DNA of 64,000 bases from an uncultured Alphaproteobacteria bacterium (GTDB taxonomy: Bacteria; Pseudomonadota; Alphaproteobacteria; RF32; CAG-239). Below, one piece after another: positions 36,412 through 45,453 of the stretch (positions are counted from its first letter, which is position 1; the number at the start of each line of letters is the position of its first letter). A model generated the notes under the pieces. It saw only the letters and a list, made by a program, of their open reading frames with translations, was not told the DNA's origin and searched no databases. A program made the position numbers and the translations under genes. The stretch spans positions 54,926 through 118,925 of the forward strand of contig CALXZH010000027.1 in assembly GCA_944393175.1 (NCBI GenBank), in the 5' to 3' direction.

Positions 36412-39141
36412 TTAGGCTACTTGTCCGTGGCAATGCTTATACTTTTTACCACTGCCGCAAGGGCAAGGATCATTGCGGGCAACTTTGCCCCAAGTGCTCG
36501 GATCTTTAGGATCTATCGCGCCCTGAGCATAGCGGAAAGGTGTTATTTTTTCCTCTTTTTCTTCTGTGGTATTAGCCGAGCCTACAAAAGTTTGCGGTTG
36601 CTCATGGACTTCCTGCATACGCGGAGCTTGCTGCCCTGCTGCCTGAAAAGCCTCGGCACTTTCTGTTTGTATGGTTGCGCGACACATTAAAAACGTTGTT
36701 TTCTCACGCAGTTGATCCAGCATATTCGAAAACAGGTTGAAGGCCTCTTTTTTGTACTCAATCAAGGGGTCTTTTTGACCATAGGCACGCAAAACAATTG
36801 TGTGACGCATCATATCCAAAGTGGCAATATGGTCTTTCCATAATTGATCCAAAACCTGCAAGAGAATATTTTTTTGCAATAAATGCATAATCTCTTCAGG
36901 AACATGCGCATTTTTAGCCTTTAATTCCGCTTCCAAAGTTTCAATTATCTTGGAGCGCATGGTTTCGGTATCCATTTCAGGCTCTTTGGCCCACTCTTCT
37001 AGCGGGAATGTAAAGCCCGTGATGCGGAACAGTTCTTGATTTAGTTCTTGGAGCGGCCATTCTGACGGCGTTAGATGCGGCGGTAAGAAAGACGTGATAA
37101 CATCTGATAAATATTCTTCGCGCATATCTTGCAGAGTTTCTGAGACATCATCTGCTTCCATAAGTTCTTTTCGTTGTTCATAAATAACTTTACGTTGGTC
37201 ATTCATCACGTTGTCGTATTTCAACAAATTCTTACGAATGTCAAAGTTACGCTCTTCAACCTTTTGTTGCGCTTTTTCCAAAGCTTTGCTTATCCATGGG
37301 TGAACCAAAGCCTCCCCTTCAGGCAAGCCTAAGCGTTGCAACATTACAGACATTCTATCAGAACCAAAAATGCGCATCAAATCATCTTCCAACGACAAGA
37401 AGAATTTTGATGTTCCCGGGTCTCCCTGACGTCCCGAACGACCACGCAGCTGATTATCTATACGACGGCTTTCATGGCGCTCCGTACCCAAAATATACAA
37501 ACCACCGCATGCTATTACTTTTTCTTTATCTTCGGCAACTTGCTTTTTGATTTTTTCTTTTAGGGCTTCTACTTGTTCCGGCGTTTCTTCTCCGGTCAAA
37601 ACCTCTTTAAGCTTCATCTCGACATTACCGCCGAGTTGAATATCCGTACCACGTCCTGCCATATTGGTTGCAATGGTAATGGCTCCGGGGACACCGGCTT
37701 GGGCGACAATCGCGGCTTCTCTCTCGTGGTGGCGCGCATTTAAGACTTCAAAGCGTACCGAACTTTGGGCTCGCAGCATTTCGGCTATTAATTCCGATTT
37801 TTCAATTGAGGTTGTACCAACCAAAATCGGTTGTCCTTTTTTGTGACATTCCAGTATCGTATCAATTATGGCTTTATATTTTTCTTTTTCGGTACGATAA
37901 ATAACATCGTGTTCATCGACCCTTTGTATCGGACGGTTGGTCGGAATCTCGACGCAATTTAAGCCATAAATATCATTAAACTCGGCTTCCTCGGTCATGG
38001 CCGTACCGGTCATACCTGATAATTTCGGGTACAAACGGAAGTAATTTTGGAAAGTGATTGAGGCCAAAGTTTGATTTTCTGATTGAATTTTGACGCCTTC
38101 TTTGGCTTCAATTGCTTGATGCAACCCATCCGAATAGCGTCGTCCTTCCATCATACGTCCGGTAAATTCATCAATTATCATAACCTTGCCGTCTTTAACG
38201 ATGTAGTCGACATCCTTAATATGGAGTTTATGTGCTCGCAAAGCCTGATTTACATAATGGACCAAACTTACGTTATTGATGTCGTACAATCCGCCTTCGG
38301 TTATAAGACCTACTTGTTTGAGCAAATTTTCAACATGCTCCATTCCCGCTTCCGTCAAAACTACCGTTCTCGCTTTTTCATCTTTTTCATAGTCCTCAGG
38401 CGTTAATTGCGGAATGATTTTATTGACGCTGATATATTTTTCCGAAGAATCTTCTGCGGCACCCGAAATAATTAACGGGGTTCTCGCCTCATCTATCAAA
38501 ATAGAGTCAACTTCATCGACAATGGCATAGTTAAACGGACGTTGAACCATATCTTCAAGACTAAACTTCATATTATCACGCAGATAGTCAAAGCCCAACT
38601 CATTATTCGTTCCATAAATAATATCGCAATTATAGGCAGCGCGACGTTCTTCATCATTTTTTTCGTGGACAATATAATCCACGGTCAGACCTAAAAAGCG
38701 ATAAACCTGCCCCATCCACTCAGCATCACGTTTGGCTAAGTAATCGTTGACGGTCACAATATGAACACCTTTGCCGGTCAAGGCATTGAGATATGCGGCC
38801 AAGGTGGCAACCAAGGTTTTACCTTCACCGGTTTTCATTTCGGCTATCATACCTTTGTGAAGAACAATACCCCCGATTAATTGGACATCATAGTGGCGTT
38901 GACCGAGTGTGCGCTTGGCAGCCTCTCTTACAACGGCAAAAGCCTCAGGCAATAAGTCATCCAATGTTTCACCTGCTTGGAGGCGTTGTTTGAATTCATC
39001 TGTCTTGGCTTTCAGCTCCGTATCGCTTAATTTAGAAATTTCGGGCTCAAGCGCATTGATTCTTTGAACTGTTTTATATTGCTTTTTTATAAAGCGGTCA
39101 TTGGCACTGCCGAAGATGGCACGGGCGAGTTTACCTATCAT
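36412..39141 (-). CDS. secA: Preprotein translocase ATPase SecA
   Basis: 909 aa with [32 protein letters not shown] and a C-terminal zinc finger [14 protein letters not shown]. Confidence 0.97.
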   Translation of the reverse strand: MIGKLARAIFGSANDRFIKKQYKTVQRINALEPEISKLSDTELKAKTDEFKQRLQAGETLDDLLPEAFAVVREAAKRTLGQRHYDVQLIGGIVLHKGMIAEMKTGEGKTLVATLAAYLNALTGKGVHIVTVNDYLAKRDAEWMGQVYRFLGLTVDYIVHEKNDEERRAAYNCDIIYGTNNELGFDYLRDNMKFSLEDMVQRPFNYAIVDEVDSILIDEARTPLIISGAAEDSSEKYISVNKIIPQLTPEDYEKDEKARTVVLTEAGMEHVENLLKQVGLITEGGLYDINNVSLVHYVNQALRAHKLHIKDVDYIVKDGKVMIIDEFTGRMMEGRRYSDGLHQAIEAKEGVKIQSENQTLASITFQNYFRLYPKLSGMTGTAMTEEAEFNDIYGLNCVEIPTNRPIQRVDEHDVIYRTEKEKYKAIIDTILECHKKGQPILVGTTSIEKSELIAEMLRAQSSVRFEVLNARHHEREAAIVAQAGVPGAITIATNMAGRGTDIQLGGNVEMKLKEVLTGEETPEQVEALKEKIKKQVAEDKEKVIACGGLYILGTERHESRRIDNQLRGRSGRQGDPGTSKFFLSLEDDLMRIFGSDRMSVMLQRLGLPEGEALVHPWISKALEKAQQKVEERNFDIRKNLLKYDNVMNDQRKVIYEQRKELMEADDVSETLQDMREEYLSDVITSFLPPHLTPSEWPLQELNQELFRITGFTFPLEEWAKEPEMDTETMRSKIIETLEAELKAKNAHVPEEIMHLLQKNILLQVLDQLWKDHIATLDMMRHTIVLRAYGQKDPLIEYKKEAFNLFSNMLDQLREKTTFLMCRATIQTESAEAFQAAGQQAPRMQEVHEQPQTFVGSANTTEEKEEKITPFRYAQGAIDPKDPSTWGKVARNDPCPCGSGKKYKHCHGQVA

Positions 39142-39319
39142 ATTATTATACCTTATGTAATTCTTAAATTCTTTCTACATTTAGTGTTTATCTCTCATAA
39201 AGTCAATAGTTTACTCTCATTCGTACCAAGTTATAAACCAGATAAAAAAATAGTTTGGATTTTTTTTGATACTTATTATATAAATGTTCACAGTTTAATG
39301 TTTTACGGAGGTAAATATT

Positions 39320-40147
39320 ATGAAAAACAATTATTTGGCTTTAGCCGTTGTTTCTGCTTTAGCCTTCTCCTCAAATGCTTTTGCTGAAGGAAAAGACGGA
39401 ATCGCCGCTGTCGTTAACGGCGAAGAAATCAGTGTTGATGAAATTAAAAAAGGTTACGAAGCTAATCCCCAGATTAAAGCTAAGGTGCCCTTTGAAGATT
39501 TCTATGCCAAAGCCTTGGATATTTATGTTAACGGTAAACTCGTTTACCAAGCCGCCGTTGCCGATAAAGTTACAGATACTCCCGAATATAAAGAGCAACT
39601 TAAAACCGCTCAAGAAGATGTGGCTCGCAAAGTCTTCTTAGAGAAAAATGTTAAAAAAGTTGTTACAGATAAAGAAATTAAAGCCGCTTATGACAAATAT
39701 AAAAAAGATTTCAAATCACAAAAAGAAATCAAAGCTCGTCATATCTTGGTCAATTCCGAATCTCAAGCCAAAGATATTATCGCTCAACTGAAAAAAGGCG
39801 CAAAATTTGATGATTTGGCTAAGAAATATTCTAAAGACCAAGCCGTTGATTTGGGCTACTTCACCCAAAATATGATGGTACCTGAATTCGGTAAAGCCGC
39901 TTTTGCCATGAAGAAAGGTACTTACTCTAAGACTCCGGTTAAAACTCAGTTTGGTTATCACATCATTCAAGTTGATGATGTGCGTGATACAAAACCTCTC
40001 GAACTTAAAGTTGTTCGTCCGCAAATCGAAGCTATGCTGACACAGCAGGCCGTTGCCAAAGTCTTCCAAAATCTTAACTCCGAAGCTAAAATCGAAAGAT
40101 ATGACTTGGATGGCAAAGTTTTGCCGGCTCAAGATGCTGACAAATAG
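39320..40147 (+). CDS. Periplasmic parvulin-type peptidyl-prolyl isomerase (SurA/PpiC-like)
   Basis: Signal peptide, then ARHILV...FGYHIIQV of the parvulin domain. Confidence 0.85.
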   Translation: MKNNYLALAVVSALAFSSNAFAEGKDGIAAVVNGEEISVDEIKKGYEANPQIKAKVPFEDFYAKALDIYVNGKLVYQAAVADKVTDTPEYKEQLKTAQEDVARKVFLEKNVKKVVTDKEIKAAYDKYKKDFKSQKEIKARHILVNSESQAKDIIAQLKKGAKFDDLAKKYSKDQAVDLGYFTQNMMVPEFGKAAFAMKKGTYSKTPVKTQFGYHIIQVDDVRDTKPLELKVVRPQIEAMLTQQAVAKVFQNLNSEAKIERYDLDGKVLPAQDADK

Positions 40148-40173
40148 CTTGCTTGCAAGCGCAAAAATATTGC

Positions 40174-40206
40174 AAAGAGCTCTCTTAAAAAAGAGAGCTC
40201 TTTTTC
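40174..40206 (+). terminator. Intrinsic terminator after the PPIase gene
   Basis: AGAGCTCTCTT-aaaa-AAGAGAGCTCT followed by TTTTT. Confidence 0.7.
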
Positions 40207-40330
40207 TGTAATATTTCGAAATATTTTAGGAATTTCAATGGCGTAACAATTTGTAATTTTATTTGGTTTGTGTTTTATAAAACTTTCCGCGACAATCTTT
40301 TTAGTCAATAATTAAACAGGGAACTAAAAT

Positions 40331-40852
40331 ATGAAACACGGAAAGAATTTCACTTTAGGCGAATATGTCATTATTAAAAAGCCTGAGCTTATGGATATTG
40401 GCGACAATGTCAGAATCGCTGATTTTTGCCGTATCTCTTCGGCTTGCAAAATCGGCTCGGATTGCGAAATTGCTCCCGGAACTTATATTGCCGGCGGTGA
40501 TGGAAAATATACTTTTCAGATGGGCGAATGCTCAAGTCTTGCCTCTGGGGTTAAAGTTTGGCTCAGCAGCAACGACTATGTCAACGAGCTGGTTACCCAC
40601 TCTTTACCTGAAGTCAAAGAGATTCAAGGAAACGTTACTTTGGGAAAATACACCGGTGTCGGCACCAACTCTGTCATTATGCCTAACAACAATATTCCCG
40701 AAGGGGTGAGCATCGGCGCTTTGAGTTTTGTTCCGTCGAATTACAAATTTGAACCTTGGACCGTTTATGCCGGAAGGCCGATTAAACCCATTAAAAAGCG
40801 CAATAAGGAAAATGTGCTCAATACCTTACGCAAAATCGGATACCTGAAATAA
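40331..40852 (+). CDS. Left-handed beta-helix (hexapeptide-repeat) acyltransferase
   Basis: Repeated [LIV]G..x.I hexapeptide pattern (IGDNVRIADFCRIS..CKIGSDCEIAPGTYI); 173 aa. Confidence 0.75.
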   Translation: MKHGKNFTLGEYVIIKKPELMDIGDNVRIADFCRISSACKIGSDCEIAPGTYIAGGDGKYTFQMGECSSLASGVKVWLSSNDYVNELVTHSLPEVKEIQGNVTLGKYTGVGTNSVIMPNNNIPEGVSIGALSFVPSNYKFEPWTVYAGRPIKPIKKRNKENVLNTLRKIGYLK

Positions 40853-40864
40853 GGAGAAATAACC

Positions 40865-42700
40865 ATGTGTGGATTAATCGGATATATCGGCAACAATGCC
40901 GTCGCTCAGACCTTGCTCGATGGCTTGAAAAACCTTGAATATAGAGGCTATGATTCAGCCGGAATTGCCTTAAACGATAATAACGAGATTGATGTTTTTA
41001 AGGCCAAAGGAAAACTCAACAACCTGTTTGAGGTTATCTCTCACCACCAAGCCCAAGTCAAATCATCACATTTGGGAATCGGACATATTCGTTGGGCAAC
41101 GCATGGCAAAGCAACGGTTGAAAATGCCCACCCTCACCTCTCAAATGACAAAAAGTTGGTTTTGGTTCACAACGGCATTATTGAAAACTATCAAGAATTG
41201 CGCAACCGCCTTGAAAAAGAAGGTTTTGTGTTTCACTCACAAACAGATACCGAAACCGCCGTGCATTTGATTGATAAAGAATACAAAACTTGTGCCAATC
41301 TGGAGCAAGCCGTCATCAAAGCCGTTAAGCAGTTGGAAGGGGCGTTTGCCTTTTGCATTATGCACAAAGACGAGCCCGACAAAATTATTGCCGTGCGCAA
41401 AAATGCTCCCCTCATTATCGGCTTGGGCGACAATGAAAACTTTATTACCAGCGATATTCCGGCCGTTCTCGGTAGGGTTAAAAAAATTATTCACCTCAAT
41501 GACGGCGAGTTGGCCATTGTTAAGCAGGACTCCGTGGAAGTCAAAGACTTAAACGGTAATCTTCTCAATAAAGAAATTGAAGAAATCGGTTTTAATCCAG
41601 AGGTTATCGGCAAAGCCGGGTACAAACATTTTATGCTGAAAGAAATTAACGAACAACCCGCCATTATTCGTAAAATCGTTCAAGAACACCTGAGCGATGA
41701 GGCCATTGTTTGGGGCAAATTGCCTTGCACGCTAAGTTTGGAAAAAATTCAAAACATCAGCATAATTGCCTGCGGAACTTCTTTGCATGCCGCCATGTTT
41801 GCGCAAAATCTTTGGGAAGATTGGCTCCAAATTCCGGTGCATGTGGAAGCGGCCAGCGAATATATTTATCGCAAAAACATTACAAACCCAAACACTTTGT
41901 TTATCGGAATTTCACAATCAGGTGAAACCGCAGATACGATTACGGCCGTTAAGCAAGCTAAAGAAAAAGGCGCGCAAATTCTTATTTTGACCAACCGCGA
42001 GGATTCAAGCATTGTCCGATACGGCGACTGCGTGGTTCCGCTTCAAGCCGGAATCGAGGTTAGTGTGGCGGCGACCAAATCTTATACCGCTCAGTTGGCT
42101 GCTCTTTATTGGATGGGCTTGTACTTTGCCGAACGCAAAAGGACACTTAATACAGCTCAATTAGCAGTCTTAAAGCAAAACTTAACCGAATTGCCGGCTA
42201 AGATGGAAGAAATTTTAAGCAATTCCGATGCTGCGCAAAGTTTGGCACAAAGACTCAAATCTTATGCCGATTTGGTGTATATCGGGCGCGGCATTAATTT
42301 GGCCAGTGCTTTGGAAGGCGCTCTCAAGCTCAAAGAAATCAGCTATATCAATGCCAATGCTTATGCCGCCGGCGAGCTTAAACATGGCCCGATTGCCTTG
42401 TTGGATGAAAATATGCCGGTAATTGCCATTTTAGGACCCGGCGTAACATTTGCCAAAATGATTTCAAACTGTGAGGAAGCCAAGGCCAGAAATGCAAAAG
42501 TCATTGCCGTGTTGCCGACACATTTTGATGTTAAGGAAGGGTTATTTGACACCTGCTTGTTTACCCCGCAAGCCGATGAAACAACTTTTCCATTGCTTGC
42601 AAATCTTCAACTGCAACTTTTGGCCTACTACACGGCTGATGCCTTAGGGCGCGAAGTGGACCAGCCTCGCAATTTGGCCAAGTCGGTCACTGTCGAATAA
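40865..42700 (+). CDS. glmS: Glutamine--fructose-6-phosphate aminotransferase
   Basis: MCGLIGYIG N-terminal nucleophile, SQSGETADT, and C-terminal NLAKSVTVE. Confidence 0.97.
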   Translation: MCGLIGYIGNNAVAQTLLDGLKNLEYRGYDSAGIALNDNNEIDVFKAKGKLNNLFEVISHHQAQVKSSHLGIGHIRWATHGKATVENAHPHLSNDKKLVLVHNGIIENYQELRNRLEKEGFVFHSQTDTETAVHLIDKEYKTCANLEQAVIKAVKQLEGAFAFCIMHKDEPDKIIAVRKNAPLIIGLGDNENFITSDIPAVLGRVKKIIHLNDGELAIVKQDSVEVKDLNGNLLNKEIEEIGFNPEVIGKAGYKHFMLKEINEQPAIIRKIVQEHLSDEAIVWGKLPCTLSLEKIQNISIIACGTSLHAAMFAQNLWEDWLQIPVHVEAASEYIYRKNITNPNTLFIGISQSGETADTITAVKQAKEKGAQILILTNREDSSIVRYGDCVVPLQAGIEVSVAATKSYTAQLAALYWMGLYFAERKRTLNTAQLAVLKQNLTELPAKMEEILSNSDAAQSLAQRLKSYADLVYIGRGINLASALEGALKLKEISYINANAYAAGELKHGPIALLDENMPVIAILGPGVTFAKMISNCEEAKARNAKVIAVLPTHFDVKEGLFDTCLFTPQADETTFPLLANLQLQLLAYYTADALGREVDQPRNLAKSVTVE

Positions 42701-42704
42701 GACC

Positions 42705-42738
42705 TAAAAAAAGCTCCCTATTCGGGAGCTTTTTTTTG
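42705..42738. terminator. Bidirectional intrinsic terminator after glmS
   Basis: An A-run, AGCTCCC-tatt-cGGGAGCT, then T8. It overlaps the stop of the convergent membrane-protein gene. Confidence 0.7.
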
Positions 42739-43164
42739 ATTTTCTTCTGCGTAGTCTGATAAATCTTGAAATCTTTTGAAAATTCCGGCCCAAAAGCCTG
42801 TTTTTTCCTCACATCGTTCGGTTTGCTCATTCCATTGTCCTCCCGATGCCTCACACTGCGAAATTTCTCGCGTGGAATATTCATGATAAACAGATGCGCC
42901 GTAAGCTATGGCTATTGCTAACAATATAAGCTTAAATAAATTTTGTGCTACATACCAAAACACCCAGAGAAAAACCAGAATTATCATATAGAGTTGATTG
43001 GTGAACGTATCTATATGAAATACAAAAGCTTTAATTCCAAAGTAAGCAAATAACAATATCATGATTGTACTCAAAGGTGAGCGTACGGCACTCATCAGAA
43101 TACGTTTTTTAATACTCATTGCCGGTTTGATTGTATCGGGTACTTCTGGTCTTTTATCTGTCAT
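42718..43164 (-). CDS. Hypothetical membrane protein (about 3 TM) with a Cys-containing C-terminal tail
   Basis: Hydrophobic segments (STIMILLFAYFGIKAFVF, LYMIILVFLWVFWYV, LILLAIAIAYGASVY). Its start overlaps the upstream gene's stop by 4 nt. I recognise no family. Confidence 0.5.
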   Translation of the reverse strand: MTDKRPEVPDTIKPAMSIKKRILMSAVRSPLSTIMILLFAYFGIKAFVFHIDTFTNQLYMIILVFLWVFWYVAQNLFKLILLAIAIAYGASVYHEYSTREISQCEASGGQWNEQTERCEEKTGFWAGIFKRFQDLSDYAEENQKKAPE

Positions 43165-43562
43165 GGCTTAGCTTTTCTAATTTGTTTAATGAAATCTATT
43201 TTTCCTTGCACATAATCCAATTGTTCTTTCGAGGTATCGCTTCTTTGGAGTTGGTGCTCTAAAATGGTCATAATATCTGCAGCCAAACGATCTTCATTTA
43301 CGGCTATACTGGCTAAACGATATACGGCCGCTTTGTAAATTGAATTATCAGGAACTTGTAACTGCTTCGCTATTTCTTGATATGGCGGCGTATAAGTCTC
43401 CTTATGCTTGATTTGTTGGGCTTCATAGGCTGTTCTTTGTATTTTTCGGGCAATTGATTCCGTTATGCCCTTATCGCGACCATTGCGAAAAATCACATGT
43501 CCGGTTTTGCGAACAATGTTTTTAAGCTTTTTGATAATACCAAAATTTGCTGTTGAGGACAT
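43161..43562 (-). CDS. Hypothetical protein
   Basis: 133-aa ORF translationally coupled to the downstream membrane protein. I recognise no family. Confidence 0.45.
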   Translation of the reverse strand: MSSTANFGIIKKLKNIVRKTGHVIFRNGRDKGITESIARKIQRTAYEAQQIKHKETYTPPYQEIAKQLQVPDNSIYKAAVYRLASIAVNEDRLAADIMTILEHQLQRSDTSKEQLDYVQGKIDFIKQIRKAKP

Positions 43563-43669
43563 GTTCCTCTCCTTTCTGTTATTTTTATTGTATCGTGCGA
43601 AAGTTAATAATGTTTAAATACCTTTCTAATATTATTAAAAGCGTTATCGGAAAATTTTGGAGAATTAAT

Positions 43670-44071
43670 ATGAATCAAGCCCTCAAAGATTACCACTCTC
43701 AAAGACGTGCTTTTATTATTATTCCCGATGTCGGATTGATTTTGGGTGAGAGCGGACAACCTTTTTCTCATCGTGAGATTTTAACCAATTTGGGCTTGGA
43801 TAAAGAACAAGTGGCCTATGTTTTGGAAAATTATCCAAGAGGCTATTTTTTGAATAATAAGCTGGTTATATATCAATCTGATGATATTAAAGAAAATGAA
43901 TCTTGGGAATTAAAGCCTGAAAACTATTTTTATGTACGCAAATATTTTCAGGACTTGAAAAATTTATTCCATATTACAGCAAAAACAAAAATATTCTTAG
44001 GCGTGCAAAGAGGTAAGGAAGGCGATATTTGGCCTACAATCAATGAAGTCGAAGCCGCTTTTTTTGAATAG
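43670..44071 (+). CDS. Hypothetical protein
   Basis: ATG at 43670 (MNQALKDYHSQ...) follows a GGAG SD 7 nt upstream; 133 aa. I recognise no family. Confidence 0.45.
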   Translation: MNQALKDYHSQRRAFIIIPDVGLILGESGQPFSHREILTNLGLDKEQVAYVLENYPRGYFLNNKLVIYQSDDIKENESWELKPENYFYVRKYFQDLKNLFHITAKTKIFLGVQRGKEGDIWPTINEVEAAFFE

Positions 44072-44157
44072 ACTTGACGTTTTGGCTTTTTTATCCTAGT
44101 GTGCATGCAATAATCTATATTTATTAAATTATTGTTGCACTAAATTTATTAGGATTT

Positions 44158-44769
44158 ATGAAAACTTCTTATTGTAAGTCTGATGACGAATATAAAGTAA
44201 AGCTTTGTGTTCGCAAAATTGGAATTGAATATGTCGGAAATTCTTCCTTCCCCTTTTGTTGCGATATAACGACGCAAGATGATAAGTTTTTTCGTTGTGC
44301 CGTAAGATTTTGCGATATTGCTCAATTTGCTTTGGCTCAGGAAAACGATGTTCTCTCCCTCAAACTAGGGGTTGTTTTTGAAAAATCTTTGGTCATGGGG
44401 GTTGTTGAATGCCAAAATCTGACACATCAGTGGAAAGACATCGGTCTTCAAGAAATGAGATATAATAAGTGCAGTTATTTTGAGATTAACATTCATTTGG
44501 AAAGTGTATTTTTTCTATCGCTTTCATCTGAGTGCACTTTTTATCCTCCGCATGTGTCTTATTGCATTCTCTCGCAGGCTCATGGGGAGTATGTTTGCTT
44601 TTATACAAATCATACCTTTATGCCGGATATTCTTGGAGCAAAAGTCGGTGATGATATTTTACTTAAAGTGGGAAATTGGTTTGAGTGGGGACAAATCGAT
44701 GTTTTGCAAGTTTTTGATAACAAGTCCAGAAAGATTGATTCAATTAATCAACTTGTTAGGGATTTGTAA
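44158..44769 (+). CDS. Hypothetical Cys-rich protein, possibly two repeated ~95-aa halves
   Basis: 203-aa ORF. The halves resemble each other weakly (ENDVLSLKLGVVFEKS..VVECQNL versus GDDILLKVGNWFEWGQIDVLQVFDN). Confidence 0.45.
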   Translation: MKTSYCKSDDEYKVKLCVRKIGIEYVGNSSFPFCCDITTQDDKFFRCAVRFCDIAQFALAQENDVLSLKLGVVFEKSLVMGVVECQNLTHQWKDIGLQEMRYNKCSYFEINIHLESVFFLSLSSECTFYPPHVSYCILSQAHGEYVCFYTNHTFMPDILGAKVGDDILLKVGNWFEWGQIDVLQVFDNKSRKIDSINQLVRDL

Positions 44770-44845
44770 GTTTTCAATCTTACACAGCAGGGCTTTAACA
44801 GCTCTGCTTTTTTTATATATTTGCAAAATATCTGAAAAAAAATTT

Positions 44846-44919
44846 GAGGTCGCTTCTTCTCGCCTCTTTTTTCAAAAAACTAAAAGCCGCCATAACGGCG
44901 GCTTTTTAATGGCGGGAGT
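44846..44919. repeat. Direct repeat copy 1 (74 nt): terminator hairpin plus the last 10 nt of tRNA-Asp
   Basis: GAGGTCGCTtCTTCTCGCCTCTTTTTTCAAAAAACTAAAAGCCGCCATAACGGCGGCTTTTTAATGGCGGGAGT. It differs from copy 2 by one substitution and one A. Confidence 0.9.
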
Positions 44920-44985
44920 ATTGAGGCTCCTCTAGCTTGGTAAGTTCACGCTTTGCGCTCACTAACCGCGCGTCGGTCACTCGTT
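44910..44985 (-). pseudogene. Decayed tRNA-Asp-like sequence
   Basis: The reverse complement retains GGTTAGtGAGCGC (D region), GAGCCTC (T region) and ACTCCCGCCA (3' end) of the intact tRNA-Asp. The acceptor, anticodon and T stems no longer pair. Confidence 0.5.
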
Positions 44986-45098
44986 TTTTATGTTTTTTTT
45001 GCGGTTGCTTACTCAACCTCAAAAAAACTAACAAAACTTCGCCTCTTGCGGTAAAATCAACCGGAGCAACGGTTGATTTTATCCTCGAGCTCGCGACC

Positions 45099-45173
45099 GA
45101 GGTCGCTCCTTCTCGCCTCTTTTTTCAAAAAAACTAAAAGCCGCCATAACGGCGGCTTTTTAATGGCGGGAGT
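45099..45173. repeat. Direct repeat copy 2 (75 nt), overlapping the 3' end of the intact tRNA-Asp
   Basis: Same sequence as 44846-44919; see that entry. Confidence 0.9.
45126..45160 (-). terminator. Intrinsic terminator of tRNA-Asp
   Basis: AAAAGCCGCC-ataac-GGCGGCTTTT, followed in the minus sense by AGTTTTTTT. An identical copy lies at about 44873-44906. Confidence 0.7.
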
Positions 45174-45240
45174 GACGAGGCTCGAACTCGCGACCTCCTG
45201 CGTGACAGGCAGGCGCTCTAACCAACTGAGCTACACCCCC
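45164..45240 (-). tRNA. tRNA-Asp (anticodon GUC), CCA encoded
   Basis: The reverse complement is GGGGGTGTAGCTCAGTTGGTTAGAGCGCCTGCCTGTCACGCAGGAGGTCGCGAGTTCGAGCCTCGTCACTCCCGCCA. It folds by hand into a cloverleaf with anticodon loop CTGTCAC. Confidence 0.92.
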
Positions 45241-45254
45241 AAGGGACGTTTTCT

Positions 45255-45283
45255 CTTATAAACAACTCTTAAAATAAAAGCAA
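45255..45283 (-). promoter_or_regulatory. Candidate sigma-70 promoter for tRNA-Asp
   Basis: Minus-strand TTGCTT, a 17-nt spacer, then TATAAG, ending 14 nt upstream of the tRNA 5' end. Confidence 0.35.
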
Positions 45284-45453
45284 GCTTTTTTTTAAGTTTT
45301 TTGTATTTTTTTTCTAAGTCCCTGTTTTATATACTTACTTATGCACATAATATCTAGAAAAAACTTGGATTTTCTGTTATTATAAAATATATTCCTTGCA
45401 TTAGTGCGACCTTTAGAGGGCGCATATTGTCAATTAACTTATGGTATTTATAC

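Noticed and set aside
39716-40132. 138-aa minus-strand ORF
   Set aside because: It is antisense to the parvulin PPIase gene and has no recognisable motif.
40331-40852. glmU, which is expected upstream of glmS in many bacteria
   Set aside because: The protein is only 173 aa, consists of LbH repeats alone, and has no N-terminal uridylyltransferase domain. I call it a generic acyltransferase.
44846-45173. Possible CRISPR-like repeat
   Set aside because: There are only two copies. The repeat is 75 bp and contains a tRNA end and a terminator. No cas genes are present.
44480-45261. Track ORFs 44480-44935, 44937-45137 and 45073-45261 (shared peptide ...SRLFFQK.KSRHNGGFLMAGV)
   Set aside because: The shared peptide is simply the translation of the duplicated terminator plus the tRNA-Asp 3' end. 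The ORFs run across the tRNA, the pseudo-tRNA and hairpins.
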